A stretch of DNA of 20,000 nucleotides from Candidatus Helarchaeota ASGARD archaeon Hel_GB_B (GCA_005191425.1 SUPR01000067.1:1-20000); one strand, 5' to 3'; numbered from the stretch's first letter, positions 1-9,007 are shown. Program-made: numbers and translations. Notes: a model not told the origin generated them from the letters alone.

Positions 1-86
1 TAAAAAAAGCAGTCCCGAAAGCTTTTGATAAAGTGGACGGGATAGAGGCGTTTGGGGTCACGCCAGTATCTGTTCGTATTGAATAG
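1..86 (+). CDS. tnpB: 3' end (partial) of an IS200/IS605-family TnpB RNA-guided endonuclease
   Basis: Frame 3 (codons from 3) reads KKAVPKAFDKVDGIEAFGVTPVSVRIE* with TAG at 84-86. This resembles the typical TnpB C-terminal tail (…NIxxKAxPxAF-x-DGIEGVGxxPV). Only 27 residues are visible and the ORF track does not list it. Confidence 0.7.
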   Translation, partial: KKAVPKAFDKVDGIEAFGVTPVSVRIE

Positions 87-141
87 ATATAAAATTTATT
101 CTCCTATTATTAGCATAGGAAAATGAATAAACCCTGCTCAA
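1..141 (+). mobile_element. Right end of an IS200/IS605-like element
   Basis: After the tnpB stop there is an imperfect hairpin: TTTATTC 95-101 pairs with GAATAAA 125-131, and TCCTAT 102-107 pairs with ATAGGA 115-120. TCAA follows at 138-141, the same right-end tetranucleotide as IS608/ISDra2. A host reading frame with no start codon resumes immediately after. Confidence 0.6.
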
Positions 142-161
142 TTAATAAATTCAAATGACCA
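35..161 (+). ncRNA. Putative TnpB omega/reRNA (scaffold up to about 141, guide about 142-161)
   Basis: A stem spans 35-75, with GGCGT 47-51 pairing ACGCC 60-64 and GATA 41-44 pairing TATC 67-70. A second hairpin spans 95-131. Loop GGGT 55-58 is complementary to ACCC 131-134, a possible pseudoknot. The overlap with the tnpB 3' end matches known reRNA architecture. Boundaries are inferred. Confidence 0.45.
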
Positions 162-1041
162 AATCCAATGGGCACAAAATGGTGTTATTGTTTCTAATGC
201 AAAAAATAATCAAAAATCACCGGCAATAGGTTCGGATGGTCAAGGTGGAGCAATAATAACTTGGCATGATCAAAGATCAATAACCTTCGATATCAATAGT
301 CAAAGAATAGATTCAAATGGGCTAATAAAGTGGGCTCCAAATGGTACAGCCATATGTACTGTATCAAAAAACCAGTTTCATCCCCAAATAATAAGTGATA
401 GATTTGGTGGCGCTTTTATTACTTGGTATGACCAAAGATCTACTGATGCAAATATATATGCACAGTTGATAGATTCAGATGGTCAAATAATTTGGTCTGT
501 TAATGGGATAGTAATATGCAATGAAATAAACAACTAAGAATACCCAAAAATTACTTCAGATGGTGGATATAGTGGGTTTATTATTTGGACAGATGGACGC
601 GACCTAAATCCAAAAACTTATGTACAATATTTAAAGGACAATAAGCAACCAAGAATAAATCACCCTGCAGATATAATCGCTACAACAAATAGTTATGTTA
701 CAATTAAATGGATTATTACTGACGATTTTGGTCCCGGCAAATATAGAGTATGGGTAAACGACAGTAATTCGGTTTATCACGTCCATCAAAATTGGACTGC
801 ATGGCAGAATAATACCATCCTTAATGTGAATATCAACTTCCTAAATCTGGGGATCTTTAATTATACCATAGAATATAATGATAGTATAAATCTATTCGGA
901 GAACCTGACATAGTGATAGTAAAAATAATTGAAAATACTACAGACATACCCCCTGGGATACCTAGCTTTTCAATCATATTCATATTAACGAGTCTAATCT
1001 CGTTAATTATGATAAAAATACGCCATAAAATTAAGAAATAA
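136..1041 (+). pseudogene. 5'-truncated, nonsense-interrupted cell-surface protein (beta-propeller-like repeats, Ig-like domain, C-terminal membrane anchor)
   Basis: Frame 1 is open from 127 to 1041 except for TAA at 535-537, and has no start codon upstream of the repeats. It contains 54-aa repeats (SDGxGGAxITWxDxR…IxAQxIDSxGxxxWxxNG). The end is IPSF + hydrophobic helix + KIRHKIKK, a CTERM-like anchor. The listed ORF 826..1041 is only its tail. Confidence 0.8.
181..666 (+). repeat. Three 162-bp (54-aa) coding repeats starting at 181, 343 and 505
   Basis: The units begin GVIVSNAKNNQ, GTAICTVSKNQ and GIVICNEINN*. They align without gaps and share SDxxGGxxIxWxDxR. Confidence 0.75.
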
Positions 1042-1316
1042 CATTTTTTTAATTAATTTTTATCTTTTTTATTATTATTTAATATTTATCTAAATACCAA
1101 ATATGAAACATAATACATTCCAAAATAATTATAGAGCTCCTTTTTATTAATTATTTTAACAAAATATTCTTCTATATCTTATTAAAAACTAATTTTATTA
1201 TCTTATTTGCTAAATTTTTCTCATAAAATATTTAATATAATTTAGATCTTTAAATATTTAAAAATATGAAAATATTACCTTTAGAATTTTAAACAATCAA
1301 AAGTAGAATTTGTGAG

Positions 1317-2138
1317 ATGGCTATGAAAATTTTTGTTTTATATACTGATGAATTTGGAGAACGAATAGTTGGCAATCTATTAAATCAAAAAGATTTTTGT
1401 GAAGTTTGTGAATTAGACTGCGAGCGAGAGAAATGTAGAGGAAAGTATCCTTCTTTTGCATCAGATGTTTACGGGTTTGAAAAAATTGATGATGAAGATT
1501 TACCAGATTTTATTGAAGACCCTGAAAACTATATCCCAAAAATACCAAAAAATATTGATGTTTTAATTGTAAATGGAATTCACCCGGATATTCTAACTGC
1601 AATTCCTGAATTTGCTGAAAATAATGGTATTAAAGGAGTCATTGTCCCAGTTGAAGATGGTAATTGGGTTCGATTAGGATTAGAGAATTCTATTAAGAGA
1701 GATTGTGAAGACCGTAATATTGAAATAGCATTTCCCAGACCTGCATGTTCATTAGATTATACTAACCAACCGATTATTGATAAATTTATAGATTATTTTA
1801 TGATTGGGAAACCTGCAGTTAAAATATATATTAATAATAACCGATTAATCACTTGTAAGGTATTAAGATCTGCTCCATGTGGTAGTACATGGTATATCTG
1901 TCGCCAGATTCTTGGTAAGGATCTAGACGAATTAGCAGAGCGTGGAGCAGAGATCATAAGCCAAGCGCACCATAGTTTTCCATGCTCGGCATCTATGAAT
2001 GTAGACCCTGTCTTAGGTGATACTAGTCTTCATACTGGGGGATATATTGTAAGGGATGTAATTTTCACTGAAATTAAACGGTTATGTCCTGATTTCAATC
2101 CAAAATATATAACTCAAGAACAAGTACTGGGAAAATAA
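1317..2138 (+). CDS. DUF166-family protein, Cys-rich
   Basis: Motifs LPDFIEDPE, GIHPD, FPRPACSL, VLRSAPCGSTWY and HHSFPCSASM…D…LH.GG match the archaeal DUF166 family. Confidence 0.75.
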   Translation: MAMKIFVLYTDEFGERIVGNLLNQKDFCEVCELDCEREKCRGKYPSFASDVYGFEKIDDEDLPDFIEDPENYIPKIPKNIDVLIVNGIHPDILTAIPEFAENNGIKGVIVPVEDGNWVRLGLENSIKRDCEDRNIEIAFPRPACSLDYTNQPIIDKFIDYFMIGKPAVKIYINNNRLITCKVLRSAPCGSTWYICRQILGKDLDELAERGAEIISQAHHSFPCSASMNVDPVLGDTSLHTGGYIVRDVIFTEIKRLCPDFNPKYITQEQVLGK

Positions 2139-2262
2139 ATTTTTTAATTTATTGAATAGGGGCGATATTAAAAGTATTAACTCTCTGAATTTCTATAATA
2201 AAAAATTTTTTAATAATTTGAGTCTAAAAATAACAAAAATTCTTAATAGAAAATAAAAAAAT

Positions 2263-3402
2263 TTAAGATCCAAAATCCTTTCTATTCATTATATTTTTAA
2301 TTTCATCATTTAATTGTTTAGGTAATCCGAAAATCCCAATGTCCATGAAACCTCTAATAATAACTGCTACTGCTTCATCTTCTGACAGACCTCTAGTCAT
2401 AAGATAATAAATTTCATTTTCTGCAATTTTCCCAACTGCTGCTTCATGTGAGAGCTCAGCGCCTTCTACATTTACTTGTAATTCAGGAATTGCTTCCATT
2501 TTTGTTTCACCATCTAGGAGGAGTCCCATGCATTCTAAATGCCCCTTACAAGTTGGTGTATTAGCTATTAGTTTTCCTCGAGCTATTACATTTGAATTAT
2601 TCTTAGAAATATTTCTAGAAATAATATTTGCCCTTGAATTTTTCCCATTTAATATTACTTTTGACCCAACATCTATGTGCGTATGATTTTCTGCATAGAT
2701 TATGGTATTAAACACTGTTTTTGAATTAATTCCATTACAATGAGCAACTGGATACATTTGAACATCGTCTACAGGGTGAAGACTTAAATAATTAGAAATA
2801 AATTCGGCATTATTTCCTACTTCAATCCCAGTCCTTGGCCTTACCATACTTTTTTTCGCCCAATGGTGGATCATAGAAAAACGAAGTTTTGCGTTATCTT
2901 TGACATAAATTTCTGATATACCTAAATGATCTCCTTTATCTATATCTGGATGTGTTAAACAGCCGGTAATAATTTGAGCATCTGAACCTTCTTCAGCAAT
3001 TATAATATTGTGGACTCTTTGCTCAAGATTCTTGTCCGTAATTAAAAGACATGATTGTAATGGGATTTCCACTTTTGCATTTTTCTGAATCCAAATAAAA
3101 TATCCACCACTCCAATCTTGAGAAACCCTGCGGGTAAATTCATCTTTATCTTTATCAACAAGTCTCCAAAGATAATCTTTTACCCAACTTATTTCCTTAA
3201 TAGCGTCTTTTGTGTCCATCATTACAACTTTATTTTCAAAGATTTTATTGATCCGGCTATAAATTGTAGATTGGTTCAAATGTAAAAAAGAGCCCGATCT
3301 TTCATCTTCTTCGCCAATGACACCTGTTGTAATTATCGAATCCAAAATTTCATGTGGTAAATCTTTTAATGATTTAATTTTATTGTTTTTATTTTCATCC
3401 AT
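2263..3402 (-). CDS. sufB: SufB/SufD-family Fe-S assembly protein (SmsB-type)
   Basis: Beta-helix SufBD features: QRVHNIIIAEEGS, GHLECMGLLL, AIPELQV, SHEAAVGKI…YYLMTRGLSEDEA. It overlaps the sufC stop by 8 nt. Confidence 0.93.
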   Translation of the reverse strand: MDENKNNKIKSLKDLPHEILDSIITTGVIGEEDERSGSFLHLNQSTIYSRINKIFENKVVMMDTKDAIKEISWVKDYLWRLVDKDKDEFTRRVSQDWSGGYFIWIQKNAKVEIPLQSCLLITDKNLEQRVHNIIIAEEGSDAQIITGCLTHPDIDKGDHLGISEIYVKDNAKLRFSMIHHWAKKSMVRPRTGIEVGNNAEFISNYLSLHPVDDVQMYPVAHCNGINSKTVFNTIIYAENHTHIDVGSKVILNGKNSRANIISRNISKNNSNVIARGKLIANTPTCKGHLECMGLLLDGETKMEAIPELQVNVEGAELSHEAAVGKIAENEIYYLMTRGLSEDEAVAVIIRGFMDIGIFGLPKQLNDEIKNIMNRKDFGS

Positions 3403-4156
3403 CTATTTCACACACTCTCTTTTGACATTCAACACATTTTTCAAAGCCCACTTGTTTAATTGTCTTAAAAATTTCCTGTGGGTCTGCATAACAATATATA
3501 GTACTATCTAGCAATACACATGCCCTTTTTATAAAAATATGATTAAGAATTTCTCCTTGATGGGTAATAATAAGGGCTGTAGCTCCAGACTCTTCAATAT
3601 ATCTCTGTACTTCTTGAGCTATCAGCCTTAGACTTACAATGTCCACACCTGAATCGATCTCATCTAATAAGACCAATTTTGGTCTTAATAATAACATTTG
3701 GAGGACTTCAGAACGTTTACGCTCTCCTCCAGAAAAGCCTACATTTATATTTCTCTCTAAAAAAGATGTCAAATTTAATTTTTCGATTAATTCATAATGT
3801 TCTGGTTCAAGATTTTCTTCATTCTTTTTCTTTAAACAAAATTTAATAATATCCAACAACTTAACTCCTTTAATTTCTGGTGGGTTCTGAAATGCCATAG
3901 ATATTCCTAATTTAATCCGCTCATCAACAGGTAAATTAGTAATATCTTTCCCTTCAAAAAATATTTTTCCTTTTACTACCTTATAATTCGGTATCCCAAT
4001 AATCGTATTAATTAAAGTACTTTTTCCACTTCCGTTTGGACCAAATAATACATAACTTTCCGATTTGGGAATCCGTAAATTTAAATTGTGTAAAATCTCT
4101 TTGCCATCTATCTCAACAGTTAAATTTTGGATATCCAATATAATATTATTATTCAT
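3395..4156 (-). CDS. sufC: SufC-family Fe-S assembly ABC ATPase (SmsC-type)
   Basis: Walker A GPNGSGKST, signature NVGFSGGERKRSE, Walker B LLDEIDSGVD, H-loop ITH, and C-terminal CVEC..VC. A GGTG RBS lies upstream. Confidence 0.94.
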   Translation of the reverse strand: MNNNIILDIQNLTVEIDGKEILHNLNLRIPKSESYVLFGPNGSGKSTLINTIIGIPNYKVVKGKIFFEGKDITNLPVDERIKLGISMAFQNPPEIKGVKLLDIIKFCLKKKNEENLEPEHYELIEKLNLTSFLERNINVGFSGGERKRSEVLQMLLLRPKLVLLDEIDSGVDIVSLRLIAQEVQRYIEESGATALIITHQGEILNHIFIKRACVLLDSTIYCYADPQEIFKTIKQVGFEKCVECQKRVCEIDG

Positions 4157-4427
4157 TTATTGACACCATTTCTTTATTTTTTAGACAATTATGCTTGAAT
4201 TATTATTCATTTATTAAAAATTTTATAATTTTTTCATAGATAATACAAAATTGTTTAATTCTAAATTGGTATAAATTTTACTTTTAATTATAATCAATTT
4301 TTATAAATGATTCTTTAGGCAATAATGAAATTTAGAAAATTTTTGATAAAAATTATTATAATAATTTATTTTGTTTTTTGAAATTTAAATAAAAAGAAGA
4401 ATATAAAAGATCTTTATTTAAGAATGT

Positions 4428-5003
4428 CTACCAATTTTCTCCGAGAATTTCAAAATATTCTTGTTTATGTGCACAAGCTGGGCAAACTTCTGGAGGCTCA
4501 GTTCCTTCGTGTATATAACCACAATTTCTACAGCGCCATTTAATTGGTTTTTCTCTTTTGAAGACTCTATTTTTAATTATATTATCTCGTAATTCAAGAT
4601 ATCTTTTCTCATGTTGTTTTTCAGCTATAGCTATACTCCTAAAAACCTTGGCAATATTGTCAAAACCTTCTTCTTCTGCAACTTTTGCAAATTCTGGATA
4701 CATTTTACTCCATTCATATTTTTCTCCTTCAGCTGCAGCTTTTAAATTTTCTGCAGTATCTGCAATAACTCCTGCTGGAAATGATGCTTTAATTTCAACC
4801 ATTCCGCCCTTTAAAAATTTAAAGAGCCTTTCTGCATGTTCTTTTTCGTTATTTGCAGTCTCAATAAAGACCGCTTCAATTTGTCTATATCCATCTTTTC
4901 TAGCTTGTGAAGCAAAAAAAGTATATCTATTTCTGGCTTGTGATTCTCCTGCAAAAGCAGTTAATAAGTTTATTTCTGTTTTAGTACCCTTAATGTTTTT
5001 CAT
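4428..5003 (-). CDS. rbr: Rubrerythrin
   Basis: AFAGESQARNRY, ExxH motifs (EKEHAE, EKQHEK) and a C-terminal rubredoxin domain CRNC-x12-CPAC. RBS GGGTGA. Confidence 0.97.
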   Translation of the reverse strand: MKNIKGTKTEINLLTAFAGESQARNRYTFFASQARKDGYRQIEAVFIETANNEKEHAERLFKFLKGGMVEIKASFPAGVIADTAENLKAAAEGEKYEWSKMYPEFAKVAEEEGFDNIAKVFRSIAIAEKQHEKRYLELRDNIIKNRVFKREKPIKWRCRNCGYIHEGTEPPEVCPACAHKQEYFEILGENW

Positions 5004-5379
5004 TTTATAATCACCCTAATTTAATCGTTCAATTACCATAATTTTTAATAATAATTAATTTATACATAAATTTTCATTGAATATTCATTTTTAAATTAAA
5101 TTTAATAATTTAGATTATTATCTATATAATTTTAATGGAAAATTTTGTATTTTAATAAGATTTTTTCTTTTAAATTATTTATTAAAAGAGATTTTACTAT
5201 ATTAATTAGAATTATAATTTTTTTTTAAAATTTATTAACCAATTATTTTTTTTTAAATAACAAATAATAATATTAATATTGTTATTTTAACCTAAATCCA
5301 TTAATAATTAATATAAACTCATAATAGTTACATAAAATTTATTTTTACGATATAAAAATATGGATTATTTATTAAGTTT

Positions 5380-6471
5380 TTAATCTATTTTCCAAAATTT
5401 TTTAGATTTAAGAAATTTTCCTAGATATACTAACGATAGCATAATTGGAACTTCCCAGAATAGCCCCATCGTTGTACCTAAGGCTGCTAGTGAACCTATT
5501 CCATAAATTGATACCGCTGAAGCAATTGCAATCTCAAAATGACTTGATGAGCCGATTATTACTGTTATAATTGCTTCTCTATATTTTAATTTGAACAATT
5601 TTGTTATTAAAATATTATAACTAACAACTATAGCAAATCCTATTAACAAAGGAATTGAAACTAATATCAGTTCCATTGGATAGAGAATAATTGTGTTTCC
5701 ATTTAATGAGAAAATTACTATTAATGTAGCAAGAAGTGCAATAATTGCAATTTTACTAATGATTGGCCTGTATGTATTTTCAAACCATTTATGACCTTTT
5801 CGATTAATCAAGATTTTTTTAGAAATAATACCTGTTATTAATGGTCCGCCAATAAATACGACCAATGAAATTAATAATCCAATTTTATCTATAGCTATGT
5901 TTTGAATACCTGTTAAAATAGCTACTAACGGTGCATATCCAATAATTATAGATATAGTATTAATACTGGTCGTTATAATGTTTTGTTCTTGATTCCCGCC
6001 AGCAAGATATCCCCAAACAAGTACCATCGCAGTACAAGGTGATGCAGATAATAGAATTACAGCTACTATTAATTGTTCACTCCCTTGTAAAAAAATACTT
6101 GCTAAATACATTCCAACAAAAGGTGCAATTAACCAATTTGATATTAATGTTAATATTATTGGGTGTGGGTGTTTTCCGAGTTTCCTTAATTCCTTTGCGC
6201 TTACATTGAGCATGGCAGGATACATCATAATAAAAAGACATATTGCAATTGGAATAGATATTCCTCTAATTTGCATAGAATTAATTAATTCACTTATCAT
6301 AGGTATTGTTTTTGAAATTATAATCCCAATAGCAATACAAATAGCTACCCAAATAAAAAGATATTTCTCAAATTTATTTAATTTCTTACTTTTATTATAA
6401 TTATTTTTCAAAATTTCTTTTTTAATCGAGATATTATTATCATCTTTAATTTTATTCTCATTTTTTTTCAA
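5380..6471 (-). CDS. acr3: Acr3-family arsenite efflux transporter
   Basis: About 10 hydrophobic segments with MMYPAM, SNWLIAPF, the conserved Cys motif SPCTAMVLVW, and SHFEIAIASA. The start codon is TTG. Confidence 0.93.
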   Translation of the reverse strand: MKKNENKIKDDNNISIKKEILKNNYNKSKKLNKFEKYLFIWVAICIAIGIIISKTIPMISELINSMQIRGISIPIAICLFIMMYPAMLNVSAKELRKLGKHPHPIILTLISNWLIAPFVGMYLASIFLQGSEQLIVAVILLSASPCTAMVLVWGYLAGGNQEQNIITTSINTISIIIGYAPLVAILTGIQNIAIDKIGLLISLVVFIGGPLITGIISKKILINRKGHKWFENTYRPIISKIAIIALLATLIVIFSLNGNTIILYPMELILVSIPLLIGFAIVVSYNILITKLFKLKYREAIITVIIGSSSHFEIAIASAVSIYGIGSLAALGTTMGLFWEVPIMLSLVYLGKFLKSKKFWKID

Positions 6472-6506
6472 ATCTTATCAGACCTTTTTAATAAAATTTT
6501 TAAAAA

Positions 6507-6610
6507 ATATTTATAAATATCAATAAATTGATTATCATCATTATTTAGACATCAGTCGATAAATAGACGCATATCAATATATATATTTCGGTCAATATAT
6601 TTATAAATAT
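6507..6610. promoter_or_regulatory. Divergent acr3/arsR promoters with twin palindromic TATA elements and a candidate ArsR operator
   Basis: The 14-bp palindrome ATATTTATAAATAT occurs at 6507-6520 and 6597-6610, lying 36 and 37 nt from the acr3 and arsR start codons. The inverted repeat ATCAAT-AA-ATTGAT lies at 6519-6532. Confidence 0.55.
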
Positions 6611-6646
6611 TAATTTTTTTAATATATCTCAAAAAAGGGATCTAAT

Positions 6647-7039
6647 ATGAATCTAGATCTTGAAGAACAGCAATTAAAGACGCTACTAGCATGTAAAGGA
6701 AACACTTTAAATATAAACAAATATTTGAATGAAATAAATGCCTTTAGAAACAAAGTTGAAAATAATGCAGACTTTAATTTTGTTTTAAATATTAATAGAA
6801 TATTATCTGATAAAAATAGATTTTTAATTATTCAATTATTAAAAAATAAACAAGATCTATGTAGTTGTGAGTTTTCAGTAGCACTTGGGCTAACTCAACC
6901 TACTATAAATCATCATTTAAAAAAGTTAGAAGATTCTGGTCTAATTAAAAAATATTGGAAGGGTAAATTTATTCATTATAATTTAAATAAATCGATTATT
7001 GAAAAATATTATAAAACAATAAAAGAATTACTTGAATAA
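6647..7039 (+). CDS. arsR: ArsR/SmtB-family metalloregulator
   Basis: LSDKNRFLIIQLL, metal-site motif DLCSCE (ELCVCE-like), helix-turn-helix LTQPTINHHLKKL and wing GKFIHYNL. It is divergent from acr3. Confidence 0.92.
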   Translation: MNLDLEEQQLKTLLACKGNTLNINKYLNEINAFRNKVENNADFNFVLNINRILSDKNRFLIIQLLKNKQDLCSCEFSVALGLTQPTINHHLKKLEDSGLIKKYWKGKFIHYNLNKSIIEKYYKTIKELLE

Positions 7040-7433
7040 AGTTAGTAAATACATTTTAACATTAAAAAGATTCCAAAAATAATCTAATTTAATTGAGGAT
7101 TTTTAATATTTTCAACTTAATTTGAATTTTGCTCTTTTTTTAATGAGATTATCTGCACAAATGATTTCAAATATTTATATATTAAAAAGCCATTTTTTCC
7201 TTATTTAATAAAATAATATTAAGAAATTTCAATTTGTATCAATTTAAGACTTAAAATTTATGAGTTGAAATAAATAATAAATTTTAGTTTAAAATTTAAT
7301 CATATTTGAGTGTATTAAAATTTCGCAAGAAACTTTTAATAAAACAAATCAAAAAAATTGAGAATAATTTTATAATAAATTAAATATTAATTTTTTAATG
7401 TACAAAAATATGTAATTGGAGAGTAAAATTAAT

Positions 7434-7652
7434 ATGCACATTAAATTTTTTCATAAAATTAAGGAAAAACTCTCGGTCATTTATTATAAAATTAAACATA
7501 AAATTGAAAATTATGTATCAACAAGGTTATTTTTGTTTTTCATAAATATATCTGCGTTTATTGTATTTTTATTATCATTATTTTTAGAAGTTCCAATATT
7601 AACGATTATAATGATAATTTTATTTTTTTTAACAGTTTTTAAATTAGTTTAA
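7434..7652 (+). CDS. Hypothetical small membrane protein (72 aa, two predicted helices)
   Basis: ATG at 7434 is preceded by GGAGAG (7418-7423). The N-half is basic and the C-half hydrophobic. It ends 14 nt before the permease ATG. It could be spurious in T-rich DNA. Confidence 0.45.
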   Translation: MHIKFFHKIKEKLSVIYYKIKHKIENYVSTRLFLFFINISAFIVFLLSLFLEVPILTIIMIILFFLTVFKLV

Positions 7653-7666
7653 GGTTGGACTTGCAA

Positions 7667-9007
7667 ATGGCTGTTGAATTATTTTACATAGAATTAGCAA
7701 TAATTGTTGTCTTTTTTTGTGTAATCTTTTTAATAATATTTGAAAAAAATAGGGCATTAATTTCTTTAATAGGTGCTTTTTTTATAGTCTTTATAGTCCT
7801 TTTTTGGCATTCAAGTATTCCTTCATCAATTACAATAGATTTTACAGAATTTGTAGGATCAAATCTTAATATTTTAACTTTAATAGTTGGTTTAATGCTA
7901 TTAGTAGAGATTTTTATTGAATCTGGAGTTTTTGAATTTATTGCATTAAAAATGATTAAAATTTCAAAAGGGTCTCCTTCCAAAATATTTTTAATATTTA
8001 TTTTTTTGACATATGGAATGAGTATTATCATGGCAAATGTCGGCGCAATCTTAATTATTGTCCCGTTAACGATAACCACTTGTAGAATCTTAAAGATTGA
8101 AAAAGCGTTGCCTTTTTTTATAGTAGGAGAGCAAATATCAACTGTTTGTTCTGGAATAGTACTACCTATATCTTCAATCCCAAATATTATTATTTCCACG
8201 CATTTAGACTTTTCATTTGTTGATTTTCTTTTATTCACAGCTCCATTTTCTCTTATTATTTTAATATTTTTGATTTTCTTCTTAAAATGGCGATATCTTA
8301 ACAAAGAGGATAGACTAAAGGAACCTCCTGAAAATTTAAAAAAATATGTACAAGATTTTGATGAAAGTAGTATTATTATAAATAAGAGATTCTTTAATGT
8401 CTCAATGATTTCATTGTTTTTATTAATATTTTTAATAATAGCCTTTCAAGCTTACGCTCATATCGTGGTAATGATTTGTATATTATTTTTATTGATTTTT
8501 AGTAAATTAGAAGTAGAAAAAATCCTTAAAAAAGTGGACTGGAATACCATATTTTTTCTAATTAGTTTGTTTATAATAATCGATACGATGAAAGAGTTTG
8601 GAATTTTAGATTATATTGCCAGTTTTATTTTAACTATTTCAGGCGGAAATCTATTTATCGGGTCTTTTTTAATTTTATGGATTTGCGGACTTACTTCGGG
8701 CGTTGTCGACAATATCCCGATTACGTTGACTTTAGTAGCACCTATTAACAACATTTTAACTTCTCAAAATGCAACGCTCTCACAAATTAAAATAGTTAGC
8801 ACTTCTTTAGTAATTGGAGCTTCATTAGGGGGGTGTTTCACTCCAATCGGAAGTCCTAGCGGCGTCTTAACTTTACAATTAGCTAAGGAAAAAGGAATTA
8901 AAGAACTCAACTTTAAATTTTATTTTAAAATTGGATTTCTTGTAACTTTAATTAATTTTGCTATTGCTTCCGTGTATATTTATGTATTATCATTTTTTAT
9001 ATTATAA
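7667..9007 (+). CDS. ArsB/NhaD (SLC13/CitMHS-like) permease
   Basis: Multi-pass membrane protein with ESGVFEFIA, SIPNIII, KVDWNTIFF, SGVVDNIP and GASLGGCFTPIGSPSG. The likely start is ATG 7667; the track gives TTG 7655. Confidence 0.85.
   Translation: MAVELFYIELAIIVVFFCVIFLIIFEKNRALISLIGAFFIVFIVLFWHSSIPSSITIDFTEFVGSNLNILTLIVGLMLLVEIFIESGVFEFIALKMIKISKGSPSKIFLIFIFLTYGMSIIMANVGAILIIVPLTITTCRILKIEKALPFFIVGEQISTVCSGIVLPISSIPNIIISTHLDFSFVDFLLFTAPFSLIILIFLIFFLKWRYLNKEDRLKEPPENLKKYVQDFDESSIIINKRFFNVSMISLFLLIFLIIAFQAYAHIVVMICILFLLIFSKLEVEKILKKVDWNTIFFLISLFIIIDTMKEFGILDYIASFILTISGGNLFIGSFLILWICGLTSGVVDNIPITLTLVAPINNILTSQNATLSQIKIVSTSLVIGASLGGCFTPIGSPSGVLTLQLAKEKGIKELNFKFYFKIGFLVTLINFAIASVYIYVLSFFIL

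Noticed and set aside
535-537. In-frame stop as a selenocysteine or pyrrolysine recoding site
   Set aside because: The codon is TAA, and the aligned repeats have Gln (CAA/CAG), so a point mutation explains it.
826-1041. 71-aa ORF as an independent gene
   Set aside because: It is in frame with, and the C-terminal tail of, the interrupted surface-protein gene. It has no RBS or signal peptide of its own.
4350-4367. Perfect 18-bp palindrome AAATTATTATAATAATTT (PerR/Fur-like box or terminator)
   Set aside because: It is pure A/T in a nearly all-A/T spacer and is not repeated upstream of rbr or fprA. It is plausibly chance.
7667-9007. Calling the permease arsB as part of the ars operon
   Set aside because: It lies over 600 nt from arsR, and its motifs fit the broad NhaD/SLC13 group. 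Its substrate cannot be inferred.
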